From: Ptychomitrium polyphyllum
Taxonomy: Eukaryota
Reading direction: 5' to 3'
DNA: 64,000 bases
Assembly: GCA_973851085.1 (NCBI GenBank)
Contig: OZ316776.1
Location: 3,038,001-3,102,000 of the forward strand
This document shows, in pieces, positions 25,001 to 39,900 of this stretch (the stretch's first letter is position 1; each line of letters starts with the position of its first letter). The position numbers were made by a program, and so were the translations under genes. The notes under the pieces are model-generated. The model had not been told where the DNA came from. It ran no database searches and saw nothing but the letters and a program-made list of their open reading frames with translations.

Positions 25001-28000
25001 TTACCACTGATTGGCCGCTACAAAATCAATACTATGCAATTCATGTGGTTGTTCTCTAATTATTCATCTACTCCCACTTAATCCTTTCTATTAGGATTTT
25101 TATATGTACAAAATTAAAAATAAAATAAAAATAAAATATTGCTACCCTAACATCCATACAAAACTATTAGTAATTATATAAAAAGATTCATGACAATCAT
25201 TTTACCAATGTTAATGGTAGTCAACACAACTTTAACGGTGATTATTATATTTGCCCTACAAATGGAGAAGACCCCTATCAACCACCTTATAAAAGACAAA
25301 ATTTACACTAACTAACCTTTGCTCAATGCTCACCCTTGAAATGCTCCATCTCCTGAATGCTTTCTAAGCTTCTTTATCCATTGGAATCTATTGTAGTTCT
25401 AATCTACATTCCATTTTGGAGGTGTACAACACCCATTCCTAAGGCGTATGCAAAGACAATGACAAGAACCATGCAGTGGATCACATCAAATGGTGATGAA
25501 GTTGAGAGTAAAATGATAATGCACCAGTCATAAGTCAATTTGAGGTTCCAGAAATTACTTTAAATTAGCCAACATTTTCTGAACTCCCCACAGCTCTTGG
25601 CTCTGCGGCCTGCACCTTTATTCCCAGTTTTTGAAGAAATTGCACCATTCAGTTTGCAAAAGGTGCCAATGCTTTGGGAAGGTAAAAATTTTACAATCTT
25701 CAAGAAGATTGAATGTGCAAACCTCAAAGACTCAAGCAATTCCACAATCCACTCTACAAAGGTGTCAATGTGAAACCTTATTGAATGAGTTCAATATGAA
25801 AACCCATGTGATCCCAGTCAAGCTCAACTGCTAAAACCAAAGATGATGAAATAAGATTCAGGTAACTGTTGTCTAGTTCAGTACCAATAAAAAATTAAAT
25901 TTAACCCTTTGCTTCCGCATGTGAGTGTTGTTTTGGCTTAAAGTAAAGAAATGGTATACTTGGACTTTGAAGCCCACATTAAGTATTTTGATTGTAAAGA
26001 TGTAGATCAAATGTGTTGTATATGTATATGTAATTTTTTTTGGGAATTGGATTTGGTAAATAATAGCACATATAAAAAACAAAGAGTGTGCCGTACAACA
26101 AAAAATATTTGAATAAGCAACAAGTGATCAAGGAGAAATTTACTTGCATTAATAAGTAAAGCAATTCAATCCACAGCTTTCTTCTCTATAACAATTTTCT
26201 TTTCTAAAAATCTCAAAATGTACCTTTTCATTCTAAAAGGACAACACTCAAACTATTAGAAAAATATATAAGTTAAAAATAGGATTTCAAAACATAGGTT
26301 TTTGGTAATTTCATACAAATATTTTTTTATCCAATTTAATTTCAATATGATATTTGGTAGATAATTCATGAAGATATTGTCTTATCCAATGATTGAATCT
26401 TGTACTACTAGAATTCATGCTTTGTATGAATTATAAATGAAAATGTGAAATTTTGACCATGCCAAAGTTTTCATTAACTTTAATTAAAAAGTGGCCTTGT
26501 AAAAATAAAATGATAGATTTGATTATTACAAAGTTTGAAAATCATTGCAAAAAATATGTCATTTTAAGCCCATTATATTAAAATTTACTCATAAATTATT
26601 ACTTTGCATTCAAATATAAAAAGAATTTTGTATTAAATTTTTTTAAGTTGGTAATAAATTATTGGTCATTTAAGTATATAAATAAAATTTGAAATCCAAA
26701 ATCTACATATTGATTTACACATTTATTTCTAACAATTTTTCAAATTGTATTTAATAAAAGGTGTTTATAAATCTTGAAAATCAAAGATACCTTGTGACAT
26801 TTAGTAATAAAATGTGCCATTCTTGCCATTTATTCAATTCTTACTATAGGATCTTGTTGTTTAATAGCATTGCATCTAACAAATGTTCTTAAGTAGGTAT
26901 TTGTATATTGTTTAAAAAAATTTGTATGACCATGTCTATTGTAACAAATGGCTATATAACTTTTTTTTTCTAATTTATCTTATTAATATGATTCCAACAT
27001 ATCTAATATAATCTAATGAACTTTGTATTTAAGTTTTTTTAGTAAAAATGTATCAAAGTGCTTGGTAACAACTTGTATAATTTAAAGGCCATTTCTTATA
27101 CCCTTCACCATTTAAATCTAATTTTCTTCCTTTTTCTTTTTGGTCATATTAAAATAACCTTAATTTCTTCTTCAAAATTATTAATATTTGTTAATTCTGT
27201 GAGTTTACTTCAACTTATACATTTTTCTAAAAATCAAATCTTTAATTAGGTGATTTTATTTTAAATAATTTTTAATATTTATCAATTAACCAATTCAATA
27301 AAATATAATAAACTCAAAATTATGAATTTCTTATTGAAAAAAATTTAAGAATTGAACTCCATATATAGTTTTTAAGTTCATATATGTATATATATATATG
27401 TATATATATTCACATGACCATTTTTTGATATAACTTCAAGTTTTGGAATTCATTCTAAACATATTTCAAAAGTCTATTAACTAAATAGTTTTATTGTTTA
27501 GCTTGTTAAATTGTTTAAAGTTATTTAAAAATTGAAATATTTTAAATTAAGTAACCATACTAAATATCTCTCGGAAACTTCATAGAAGTTGTAAAGTTTA
27601 CATGCCATTCTACCATAATTTTAAATTTATTCATATAAGCATAGAAGAATTATATATTGACTTTTAGAGCCTAAAAGAAAGAAAGGCTCTTAAAAAGCAT
27701 GTATATTTGAGTATGTTTTGTTGAAGTTGAAGATAGTTTTATACTTCTAACATGTTCAAGGCACAAAGAAGAAGTTATAACTCATATATATACAATTTTG
27801 ATAAACCATTGAGGTTCAAATTTGGAGTTTTTTGTGGACAACAAATGCAATAAACATGCTAGCATAAATCCCATGGAGGTCGGCCCCAACCCCTCTTTTG
27901 CTGTGGAGGTATAACAGGTTGAGACGGTGACCTTTCGTTTCTTTCAGAGGTTTCTCTCTTTCCATTTCTTTGAAAACAAACCCAAAGACAAGGTTGTAAC

Positions 28001-29428
28001 ATTCTTCTACAGCTGAGATGAATCATCTTGCACAGAAATATTCGAGCTTGTAAAGCTCTTGATCATGGTGTCCTCTATAGCCTCACAATTCATTCATGTG
28101 CAGATGACTTGAGCAAGGAAGTTGGATTACATTGACTGATTCTCATGGTTTGACAAGCAAGTTGTTGCACACTTTGATTGGAAAGTCCGTCAATGGCACG
28201 AAGAAGCATCCACAGGCTTATATATGAAACTCTGGCCCAGTTCGCAAGATAACCGCCAGGATATAATCAAATAACACCTAGTTATTGAATATCTCCCCGG
28301 GTATCACACAAGTATCAAGCAGATGTCAGCTGAAAAAGTGAAGACATCAAACCTCTCGAGACTCCTTTTGGCGATCACCACGAGGGACACTTTCACCTGT
28401 GCAAGCTTGCAAGGAGCTCGGACTTGTCGACAGAACGCGGATGCTAGTATGGTCTTAAACATTATCAAGCAATGAAATCTTACCCGCTCCACATCACAAA
28501 TTCTAAGGAAATCCAAGACATTCAATAACTTCATTTCATTCTTGTAAACTTCGCTCTAATTCCTTGTCCCTTGTTGGCGCCGTATCGACATTTCATCATA
28601 CCAAAATTCTTGGTTCGCTCCAGTTTTGTTGAACAGGAACAGTCTTCAGAACAGTCAGAAACAGAGAGTCGCACCTAGCTCTCAAATCTTCCCATTGCTC
28701 CCAGTCCCACCACATACACCTCAGTGTTATTAATGTAGAGAAAAGACTTCAAATTGAGAGTATATTTAGTTTACGGAGAGCTGTATTGGACGATGAGGAA
28801 GAAGTGGATGTGGCCGGCATATTCCAGTTGCCAAAGTTACTCCCCTACCAGAACATCAGGCGATAAGCTAAAAGGTCAGGAGAAATATGGCATCTTCCGA
28901 GCGCATTCACCCTGTAACAAGGGTACGACCAAATGTGGATATAGAACATAGAGTCAATGTACAGTAATTTTGATAATGTTAAAAGGGAATCCTGGCTACT
29001 ATTTCATCAATTCCTCGCGAGGCAGGCAAGTCGGCATCCTACCAAAGCCTCAGTTTTGTTAGAAAGCTTTTTGTGTTTTAGGCAAAGGTGGGGTCTTGAA
29101 AAAGTTTTTAAGCTTTAGGTTCAAGTTTTAAGTTCAACAATGCAGTTGAGATTTGAGCATTCTCCGAATCCTTGTGGAATGCTAGAACGAGGTGGCACAT
29201 TCCACCACAGAATATGCAGATCATGGTCAAGTAGAAAGCGACCGCAGTTACTCTTGAAGTGTGAGGAAACGTTAGTCTACTTCTTATGTGTCGATTATTT
29301 ACTATAAATTTTGACATCACTCTTAATGTGAAGCACTGCCTCCACTTCCCTCTCCTCCAACATAATCATCGGGGCTTGAATATAATTTCAATCAATTGGT
29401 ACTTTCAGCAATTTTGTTTTCTCTGCAG

Positions 29429-30870
29429 GTTGGATTTGTGCCCGTTTTCACGGATTCTTGGTACATGATAGGTTTGTTTGCTCAGCATGAATTTTCTGAA
29501 GATTTGAGATTTGTGTGAAGGAGGCGGCTGCTCTCTCCTATGTGCACGAATGTTGCGCACAGCTCATGCAATACCACGGAGGTTTCCCAGATGCAAAGAA
29601 TTGCAGAGCTGGTGGTCAGGACGGAATCTTCATCAATGCTAATCTCCACAATGGAACCCACTTCGTAAAGGTATGCACCACGGGATTAAATTAAGAATAA
29701 GAAAAGGATAAACCAACCTTTGTTCTCACCAAGAGAATACCTATGGGAATAAATGTGAAACAAATACATGAATAGAAAATGGAAGGATAAAATGAAAGAT
29801 ATGCTGTAGGTATTGAAAAATAACTCGGCCCTTTTCACAATCTAGAGGACTAACTTACATTTTAGTTCTCAATAATCGTTCTTTACATATAATCTTTTCT
29901 CTCTTATTTTTTCTTTCTTTTATCTTTTAGCTCTTCTAAATTATACCCCTGAGATATGAATAAGGATAAGTATGTGGGATTAATTAAGGGTTAAAATATG
30001 ATCAACGCTGACCTTCATTTACTCCCTAACCCTTGATTCCATTAGACCTTTGGTGCAGGTGTGGGCTGTAAAACATCTCATAACAATATGTGCCCCTATT
30101 CAACTATTGAAATTTCAGAATTCCATGAGCCAAGCATGAACTTCTGTATCTGTTTGTTGATTTCTGAACACTACTGTAACTGAACATGAGATAAAGTACT
30201 TAGAAATCTTCTTTTATTTCTAGATGGATATTGAAGGATCAGGGAGAACATCTTTAATCTTCATCTGCTTTAAAAGAGACAGTGGTCAATTGCCGGAGTT
30301 ATTGAGTCTGCATTTCTGTGCACATTGTTATTGAGTCTGCAGTTCACTTAATATTAGCGAATGCCTATTGTGGACTACTGTGACCTGAATGACATGAATG
30401 GCCAAAATGAGGGCTTGTGTTTTTCTTGCTTCATGTTGAGAATTCTTGAGGGCTGAAGTTTGTACAAAGTGAATATAGCGAGCGTTTTTTGCAAGAGTGG
30501 AATGTTTTCTTGATTTAAGATTGTGACGAGCTTCCGAAAATTGTTCTGAGATTAGATTGATGCGACAATCTCCGCATTGCAAGGAGTTAAGTTGAATGAC
30601 GAAGGCAGCGATTATTCCATGCAGTTTGTGCACTAAATTTCTTGGTGCTTTCATCGTCTGCCATTACAGTGTGCTGCAGCTGCTGCTTTCTTTCCCATAG
30701 GACTTTGGGTAACGGGCTTTGCCACAGGTTCAAGCAGTTGTTGGGACTCGTCTTACATGCTCACTTGCGGAGGTGTGGAGCAGGTCTGTGTGGTTGACAA
30801 TGAAGATCGTCTCCTGTCAATGATGCTTATTTGCAGTGAGAGGGATCTATTCGGTGCAGGATGTTGAGTA
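29429..30870 (+). pseudogene. Putative heavily decayed receptor-like (RLK/Pelle) kinase pseudogene
   Basis: Collinear kinase-like fragments interrupted by stops and frameshifts: GFPDAKN..GGQDGIF...LHNGT (~29580-29670, ends at an AAG|GTATGC donor), TGCAG|VWAVKHL (30059), PIVDYCDLNDMN (~30364), DFG (30701), VVGTR-x-YM (30737-30759), C..DNEDRLLSM (30787). Confidence 0.4.
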
Positions 30871-33800
30871 TAGAGACGTTGTTTAGCACTGAAAATGTTT
30901 TGACCTCTCTGTTTTAATTTTTGTTCATTTTCTTGAACAATATAAATTCAAATTCTATTTTTCTACTTTCTCCAACTCCCTGTAGGTGCAATTAGTTGAA
31001 AGTGTACTGAGAATAAATGCTTGAGAAAGTAGGTAAGGGAAGGTACTTAGCTTGAGTTCTCCTTTTTGATTTGCCACCTTTTACAGTACCTGCAGGATGT
31101 GGTTGCAGCATTAGCGTATGTGTAGACTTCTTATATTCTGCAGTGTATATTGTGAAATACATATGAAATCATTTTGTAGTGTTTATCTGTATCTACAAGA
31201 TGGGTGACGATGTTAAATAGAAGCGGTGCTTGAGTTAGATTTCGTTTTATAGTCTGAGTAGATTTAGAGTGCCTGGCAGTATTTTAGGAAATGATGTGTG
31301 TGACTGACAGTGGTTGTCTTTGAGCTCCGTCGTACAGCCCAGGGTCATTGTGCCAGGAGTCTGGTGGTGCTGCATGAGGTGAATGATAGGATTGTGTCGA
31401 ACAAATGAGCAAACAGTAGTTACTTGAAGGATTTTAAAAATGTAAAATGTTTTAGTTTGTGATAGACCGAGACTTCGAAAATCGTACATACAAATTCTAA
31501 CTTTGTCAACAATGAGCAACCTGCAATGTAAGTTGGATAGCCTGAAGACTAAACAACAATTTCAAGCACAATGTTACCTTTTAAATTTTCTGAGAGTTTG
31601 CTATGAGTTTCAATTTGGATGTAATATCATTAACTAACATGAATGTTCTCTTTGTTTACCCTTTGAACCAACATCTATGTTGTACGCCCTTTGAACTTCT
31701 CAAGAAACATCCTAATGCATTCATTATCAATGAGCACAAAAATCTTCAAACATAATATTTATGAAAATTTCATGTGGCATGTAAATTTTTTGTAAATAAA
31801 GTTTATAGAAGTGCCAATAAGGCTAACTTGAAAAGGAGATTTTGTAAAAAAGTCTAAATATGTATTGATGATCAATTAATCAAAAATAAGAAAAAAGGAT
31901 TTTATCTATATACATATATATATGACGTTTTCATAAGTACAATGTTGTTTCTTATACTAGTTTGTAGGTTAACAATTTTCTTCATATCTATGTCAATTCT
32001 TCCATAGTTCTTCCAATTAAAAAAGTTACAAAATAGCCATATTAAATATAACTTCATTTCTTTTAGAACAAAGCAAATACTTTAATATTTACATAGTGTA
32101 ATGTTTGGATTTTGACAAAGTAAAATCATTATTTGAAATTTTTTGCTTATATTATGTATACTTTATATAAGTTTTTTATTTCACTAGAACTTTTTAGCCC
32201 ATTATTGATGTTGACAATAATTGTGGCTACAAACATTTAGAACTATAGAAAATAGAATTGATGTTAATTGTAGATATCTTTAATCTTGCATATAGCTCCA
32301 CTTTTGAATTTAGGTTTTACATAGTCTCTTGAATATAAAATAACTAAGGTTTTTAAAAATCTATTATAATTGGTATTTTCATTCACAATTTTTTTGTTGT
32401 TTTACTTTATATAATATTAATGGTCTTGTTGTAAAATCTAACATTCCATTGTATACATTGTAATAGTTTTTCCAAAACAAATTTTTTCTCAATGCAAAGC
32501 AATTGTATTAAAACCTAAAAGAATAGGAAAACCATGACCTACACAATCTTGCTTCACCAACTAACTTTTGACTTTTAAAAACCATAAAAAGAGCCTCAAA
32601 CGTTACTTGTAGGCTAATAAAAAAGTTGACTCATGCCAATTCAAGGAACTAACCTGTCACTACTTTTGAATCTCTATAGACAAAACCTAAAAATTCATAA
32701 TCCAAAAAATGCATATTTTAGTGTGTTCAAATATCTTGAAAAAGCCTATCAGTAATAAAAATAAAAATTAAAAAAAGGGATCTCGTTCTTCTAATAGCAG
32801 TAAGCATGATCAGTAGGAAAAAGAGATAGTTTTTGATGCACTTATTTTACATGATTTCTTGCAGTAAATTTCAGCATTTTAAAGTAGATGTAGTACCAGG
32901 ATTAGTCGACGAATGTTGATACTGGCCTTGCAACAGGGTTTGTTGCTGGCCAGCTTTTTGTATGATGTTGTTTGTTTGCTTGCTCGAAGATTTTGATTTT
33001 CCTTTCAGCAAGCGCTTTTTCAACATGGTATGACAGTTTTGACGTACTACTGCATGTCTGTGCGTTTCATGTTGCACTACGGTTTCACGTGGACACTCTG
33101 ATGTAAGGTTTTCTGCACTTTCGTAAGTTTTCGCGAAGCTGGAGGTTTCTACGTGAATCAGTGCTAGAGTATAGATCCATCAATAATGTCCACTGCCGGC
33201 AGTCACAAAGTTGGCCATTCACCGATAATTCGAGTTGGTATCGTTGCTACATGAAAATGTTACTAATCTTGTGTTATGGACCTGGTCCAGCTAGCTTAGT
33301 AAGTATAGTAACCGATTTGACCAATTACGCTTTTTGATGGAGGTGGTAGTATGAGAAGGAGCTCAATGATTCGTATCAAGAGTTTGAGTTTCGAGCACCA
33401 TAGCGTCCAAGGTGGATAAGGTTGAAAGTATGGGTCAGGTTGATGATTCTTCAATTCTTGTTATGAATTAAATTGATTAGATTTGAATAGGGATTGGTAC
33501 ATTGGTGATTATTTTCTCTGATTCCAGATGAGTTGTAGTGCGGTTGTATTCTATGGAGGAATGTTGTTGAAGGTTAGGACCGTGATCGATGTCATTTCAT
33601 GGTTTTCTGCAAGGACCATTATGGGTTTACATAAATGAGGTGAGAACTTTTTACTCTGCATGATGCCTTTTGTAAAATATTTGGTCATGTTCTAATGTTC
33701 TCATTATGTTCGACACCGAATGCCTGTCGTTGTCGTTTGCCTTTTGAATGTGCTGAGAGTGGATTCTCGATGATTAGTGAGATTCTGTCTCTATCGTTCT

Positions 33801-35847
33801 CGATTTGATTACATGTAATGGGTGAGGATCTTGCAAAGCTGAGTGCCTAGTGTCTGATGTCGAGGTGCCGTTTATGAGGTTCGTCTGGCAGAGCTACGTC
33901 GGCCTCTTATAGGCAATCGCCAACAATAGTCTTCGCAACTGATTGCAGCTTTAATGGAATCTACATGCAAAGTTGCAAACACGCAAGACACATGCCTAAA
34001 AACTTTGATGATTGGAATTTGCCAGCAAAACAGACCCCTTAGTGCTCAAGTCGTGACAAATGTATAACAAAAAAATGGCATTAAAGGAACGGTGGTGCAG
34101 GTGATAGACATCCTGACAGCAAATAGGAGAATCATGTTCAAAGATTATGGAAAACAGCGAGTTTGTACTGCTGACCAGACCGATTTCAAGATTCCAGACA
34201 CTGATGAACTCGATGCTAAGTAGCCAAATGACCAATTATTGGCAGATGTAACAGCCATTTGGTCTCATGTAATTAAGCTCCTTACACTTAAGAGACTCAA
34301 TTGCATATCTCATAACCGCAAGTCTAACTGCAAATCTAGTGTGCTGGGGTTCATTTATTGGCACGAGGTTTACTATGTAATTTTAAGGACATGACAATCA
34401 TCAATTCAACCCCTTTTTAGATCTATTTCATCCCAAAGGTTATTTGGGAATTTTGGGACTTTAGGATGATAGCAAAGCCTATTACCATTTGTCTGATATT
34501 TGATTTTGGAATGTATATTTAGCTTGTCTTAACCAGTCCAGAACTTATGATATATATCATGAAAAAATCACATGAAGCAGGTTTGTGCCACTCCAGTTGC
34601 TTCTCTCAAAATATATACGTCAGTATTCAGGTCATGAATTTTAGCTGATTGGCTCCTTTCAGTGTTATTGTTTTCTCGAACATTTACAGTAAGTATAGTC
34701 AACCCCTGCAAACAAATGTCCATTATGTAATGCAATATATCCAATAGAATCACCAGTCTTGTTTAACATCAGCACCATTGAGTATTTTGAATACGGTTTA
34801 CCTTCGCCTAGTGCTAGAGCTCTCCCTGCCTCCAGGTACCAGTGTCCACCTGTGTAGTCTCTGAGATAATCTTCTCAGGCCCGGGTTACAGTATCATGCA
34901 GATGTTAAGTAAGGGGGGTTCAATCTTACCCTTGATGCAGTTGTAGAGAAAACGAAGAAGCTGGGCTCAAAGATACGCTCTTGTATTAATGATGTATGCA
35001 ATGGCTACATGCATTTTCACACTAATCAGGAACACAAACTCGGATATTCATGAGCAGCGCTCTTATTGTTCAGTGCAACTAGCTTGAAAATTAGCATGAA
35101 CATGCTTTAGTGATTGCTGAAGCACGATTAACAAACCTGTTAGTGCTATAGTTCTATGCTTTAAATATTGTTGCCAATGAGAAATGACAGTGATTTCCGT
35201 ATGAAACTATACTAGTGTCAGAGTCACCGTGGAGTCTGGACCTTTATCAAGGCTTTTGAAACTGTGACAGGAATAGGGTTCAATAGTAGTCACTGACTCA
35301 CAACAGAAGTTTTAGACCCTTCTGAAAGTGGTTCCTATAAACAGTTCTTTCATCTATATTGTATTTCGGCGAATGCACTAGCCGGAAATGCCAGCTCTCC
35401 ACCATTTCTTTTTATTACTGACGTAAGCGTTAGAAAAGTGGCATGAACTTTTGATTTCAAATGAAAATGTATACTTACAATCAATACTGATCTAATTAGT
35501 CTAATCAGTCTACCATTTTGTGAATTGACAATTTCTTGAAGTGATGTTTGATTTCTAATGCTTTATAATGGCTTTTGAATTAAATGAAAAACGAAGCAAT
35601 TTTTTAAATATTTTTCCCATTATAATTATTGTAAATGTATAATATAAATTTATATCTAATTGTACACAAAACTTTACATCTTGAACTTACTCTTGTATTA
35701 AAATTGTTGCTTTAGACCACACAAATAATAAGCATATCTAATGTCTTCAAATTGCATGTAGAGGCTATATAATATATTATCAAATTGTGTGGTGTACATA
35801 TTTTAGTTATGTTTTTGGAACTATTATAATACACACTCTAAAGTTGC

Positions 35848-35853
<6 letters not shown>

Positions 35854-35882
<29 letters not shown>
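35854..35882. repeat. (AT)n microsatellite
   Basis: Perfect AT run of about 14 units. Confidence 0.95.
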
Positions 35883-35887
<5 letters not shown>

Positions 35888-36992
35888 TTAATTACAATTA
35901 TTATTATTATTTTATTTTTATTATTATTTTATTTTTTTCTTTTACAAATAAAAACATATATGTAGGTTAAACTTTATATACAAATTGTATTTTTCTCCTT
36001 TGATTATATACAGGGGCACTGTGAAGAAGTTTTACACATCTAATATAACATCAACTACTTGCATTAGATGTCAAATTATAAGTCCAATTTTAAAGTTTGA
36101 ACAATTTAATTAAACTTTAATAATTGTTGAAAAAAGCTTACATTCCATTTTTCTAATAACAATTGGAAACAATTGAATAAAATACAAGTGAAAATATAAC
36201 ATGGTGTGTAGAAATCTCATGAATGATGTTTACACACATATCACTAAAGCCAACTTGAAAAACATTCTTTATAAGGAGGTTCAAAATTACACCAACTATG
36301 CATTAGTTATAAACAAGAAAAAAAATGCCACATACATATGTAACATTTTTATGAATACAATCTTATTGGTCTTTTTTGTAATCCAATATTTATAGTCTTT
36401 AATGTATAATTTGAATAGAAAATTTTATTAAAGATTTAAAATTTTAAGAATGCAATTAATATAATAATTTATTGTATAATTCATTAAATAATAAAAACCA
36501 CTCATTTCTTAGAATTGATGTAAAAATGCATGAATAAGATGTCAATTGATTTTCATCTTTTAACTTCTATTTCCTATGTTTTATATTTTAAAATCATTCT
36601 TATTTCTTGTGTCTCTAACAATTTGGTAAGATTATTCTTCATCTTCGTTAAATTTAAGGTTTCTTTAAAGAAAAAAGTGGATTTTCCATTTTCTTTAAAA
36701 TCCTAAAGGATCTTAGAGGTTGCGGATTACCTTCTTTTAAGCTGACATCATAAGTTGATTTCTTCTTTTAAAAGCAAGTGTTACTTTTTTTTAAAGAATT
36801 AATCGTTTAGAAGATGTGGATCACCCTCTTTTGAAGATATTGATAATCTCCCTATTTTTGATAATCTTATATATGTAGATCTTCTTTTTGAAAATATAAA
36901 AGGTCCTTGGAAATTGCAAATTACCTATTTCCAAGTTTTTTTTTTTTTTTTTTTCTTCTTATTTTGTATTATAAAATTCTAGTGGTCTAAAT

Positions 36993-39900
36993 ATGGATAA
37001 TGTGCTAAAAACATCAAAAAATAGGTTTGCAAACCTTCAAGAATTATTAAATATAGTCCAAATGGAGCTTGCTCATTTTAACACCACCAATAATTTAAAG
37101 CAACACACTTGTCAAATTGAAGAATCCAATGGTAATATTCAAAGTTTATATCAAAGAGTTATTTGATTGTAAGAAGCCATTATTAGAAGAAAAGTCTTAT
37201 GTCAAAACCATGCAAAGCCAAAGATTAATATACTAAATAAGTTTAATGGATTGAGATTAAAATTGAAAGGCTTTATTCAATAAGTTAGGTTTTTTCTCAG
37301 TTTGCATTGATCTCACTATTTTGACAACATTATTCAAGTGAGGTTTGTATCCACTTTTCTATTAAATAATGTACTATTGTAGTTTGTACCATTAATGGAA
37401 AAGAAGTCACAACTCCTGAATAATTTAAATGCTTTTATGGAAGCGTTGACGTCTATATTTGGAAATATCACCTAAGAGAAGGTGGTTGAAATAAGAATCT
37501 AAAGTCTACAATAAAATCAACACTTAATTGCTACATCTTTTGCAAGGTTTTGATAACTAGCTTGTAACCTTGATTAGAATGATAAGGCTTTTGTTACACT
37601 ATTTTAATGGGATTTGAGAGAGAATGTAAAATATTTGCTATTTATAATGCCAAGGGTTGATGCATTGGACAAATTCATTGCTTAAACAATAGCAAGTAAT
37701 AACAAATTATTTGAAAGGCACCAAAAAAATTGCTTGAAATGGAAATTGATACATTAAAATATGGCAAATACTTCTTTAAAGGTATTGAAAAATCAACCAC
37801 TAGAATCAAAATCTATGCAAATTGATGCTATCTAATTTAGACGTTTGACTCCAAAAAAGAAAAAAAGATATCAAAGAAAAAACCAATGTTTGTTTTATGG
37901 CAAGTCAGAATACAAAGTACGCTATTGCCAAATCAAAAGATCTACCTTCAAGGCACAGAGAATAATGGTGGAATTGTAAAACAAGGATGTCTGGTTACAA
38001 TAAAGACCATACAACTAGACACCACATAAAAATGACCATGAAATTAAGGTCTCTTATTACTTTGAACTCCTACCTCTTGCTTCATATTTCCTATCAAAAT
38101 CAAACTGTCAGATGATGAAATATTTAGTGAAGCTTTTTTGGACATTGATGCAATGACATACTTCATAGATAAGGATTTTGCAACCAAACACTACATGCTG
38201 CTAGTGAACAAAAAACATCTAGCACCCATTGAAATTATCAATGGACAGTCTCTTGCATATGGTAATTCTATCAATTAGACTTATTTCTTGGAAGTTGCTT
38301 TTGAAGACCAAGCATTCAAGATTGTTTTTAATATCATTCAATGTCAAACAAATCCTATTGTCTTGGGCCTTCCTTGGTTTGAGTTACATAATCTAGACAT
38401 TAATTGGTACTTACAGAGTGTGATATGATAAAAAAGATGTTCAAATACAAAGAATCTTTGACCATCATTTATTGGAGATAAGATGCTTATGAAAGCAACA
38501 ATGAATAAACTAATCTATCCCATTTTTGCCACACTAATGTCTGACTTTATACAAAAGAATAATAAAGGCATATTTCATCAATAAAAAGATTATAAAGACA
38601 TCTTTGACAAAAAAAATGCAGATATATTATCAAAAGACTGGCTTTACAATTATTCCATCAAAATACAAAGAGTTCAACCACCTTTTGGAACATATCTATA
38701 ATTTATCACAAACCAAGTTGACTACCTTAAGGGAATATTTTGATGAAAACCTTGGAAAAGGCTTCATCCAACATTCTAAATTATCTGCTAGAGCACCTAT
38801 TCTGTTTGTAAAGAAGAAAAATGGATCACTACATATTTGCATGGACTATCAAGGCCTCAATAAGATGATTAAAAAGAATTGCTATCCATTGCTATTAATC
38901 TCAAGACTCCTACAACAACTTAGTCAAGCAAAAATATTCATCAAGATCAATTTTAAAAGAGCCTACAACTTGTATGTATTAAAAAAGGAAATAAATGGAA
39001 GACAACTTTTTAATTTAGATATGGCCATTTTGAATACAACGTCTTGCTTTTTTACCTTACTAATGCCCTTGCAGTTTTCCAAGATATGATAAATGATATC
39101 TTCTATGAATATTTGGATGATTTTTTAGTCATTTCTTTGGATGATATTTTGATATATTCAAGGGATGAAAAAAAATATAAATATAACGTACAGCTGGTCT
39201 TAGAAAGATTACACTAGTGAGGATTATACGCCAAATTGGAAAAGTGCTTTTTTCATGAAGCTTCAATTAAATTTTTAAACTACATCATCTCTAAAGGAAG
39301 AAATTATATGGATGAAAAAAAAATAAGCATTTTCATGGAGTGGAATACGCTAAGGTCAATTTGAGATGTTCAATGCTTTTTGGAATTTACAGATTTTTAC
39401 AAAATATTCATCAGGGCTTATTTCAAGATTGCGGCACCGTTGACGCAACTTATGGAGAACAAAAAATTCATTTGGAATGAAGAGCTTAAAGTAGCACTTC
39501 AAAGTCTTAAAAAGTCATTTACATCAACTTCAATTCTTTTTATCTAAATTCATCAAAAATCCTTCTATTTAGAAGTGGATGCTTCATACTTTGTGCTTTG
39601 TTTAATACTTTCACAACATAACAAAGACGAAAGATTCCATCCAATTGCCTTTTGTTCAAAGAATTTATCAGCGGCAGAAATCAACTATAATATACATGAC
39701 AAAGAATTACTTGCAATTATGGACGTTTTTGTGGAATGGCAATATTTATTGGAAAGAGCTCAATATATCATTAGAATTATACTTTGACTACAAAATCCTT
39801 GAGTACTTTATGAGTGCGCATATTCTAAATTGCCTCCAAGTAAGGTAGAGTATGTTGCTTTCTAGATTTCACTTTGTCATTACCTATAGACCTAGTAGCC

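Noticed and set aside
33440..33522. TGATGA...CTGA spacing resembling a C/D box snoRNA
   Set aside because: No convincing terminal stem and no rRNA-complementary guide that I could verify.
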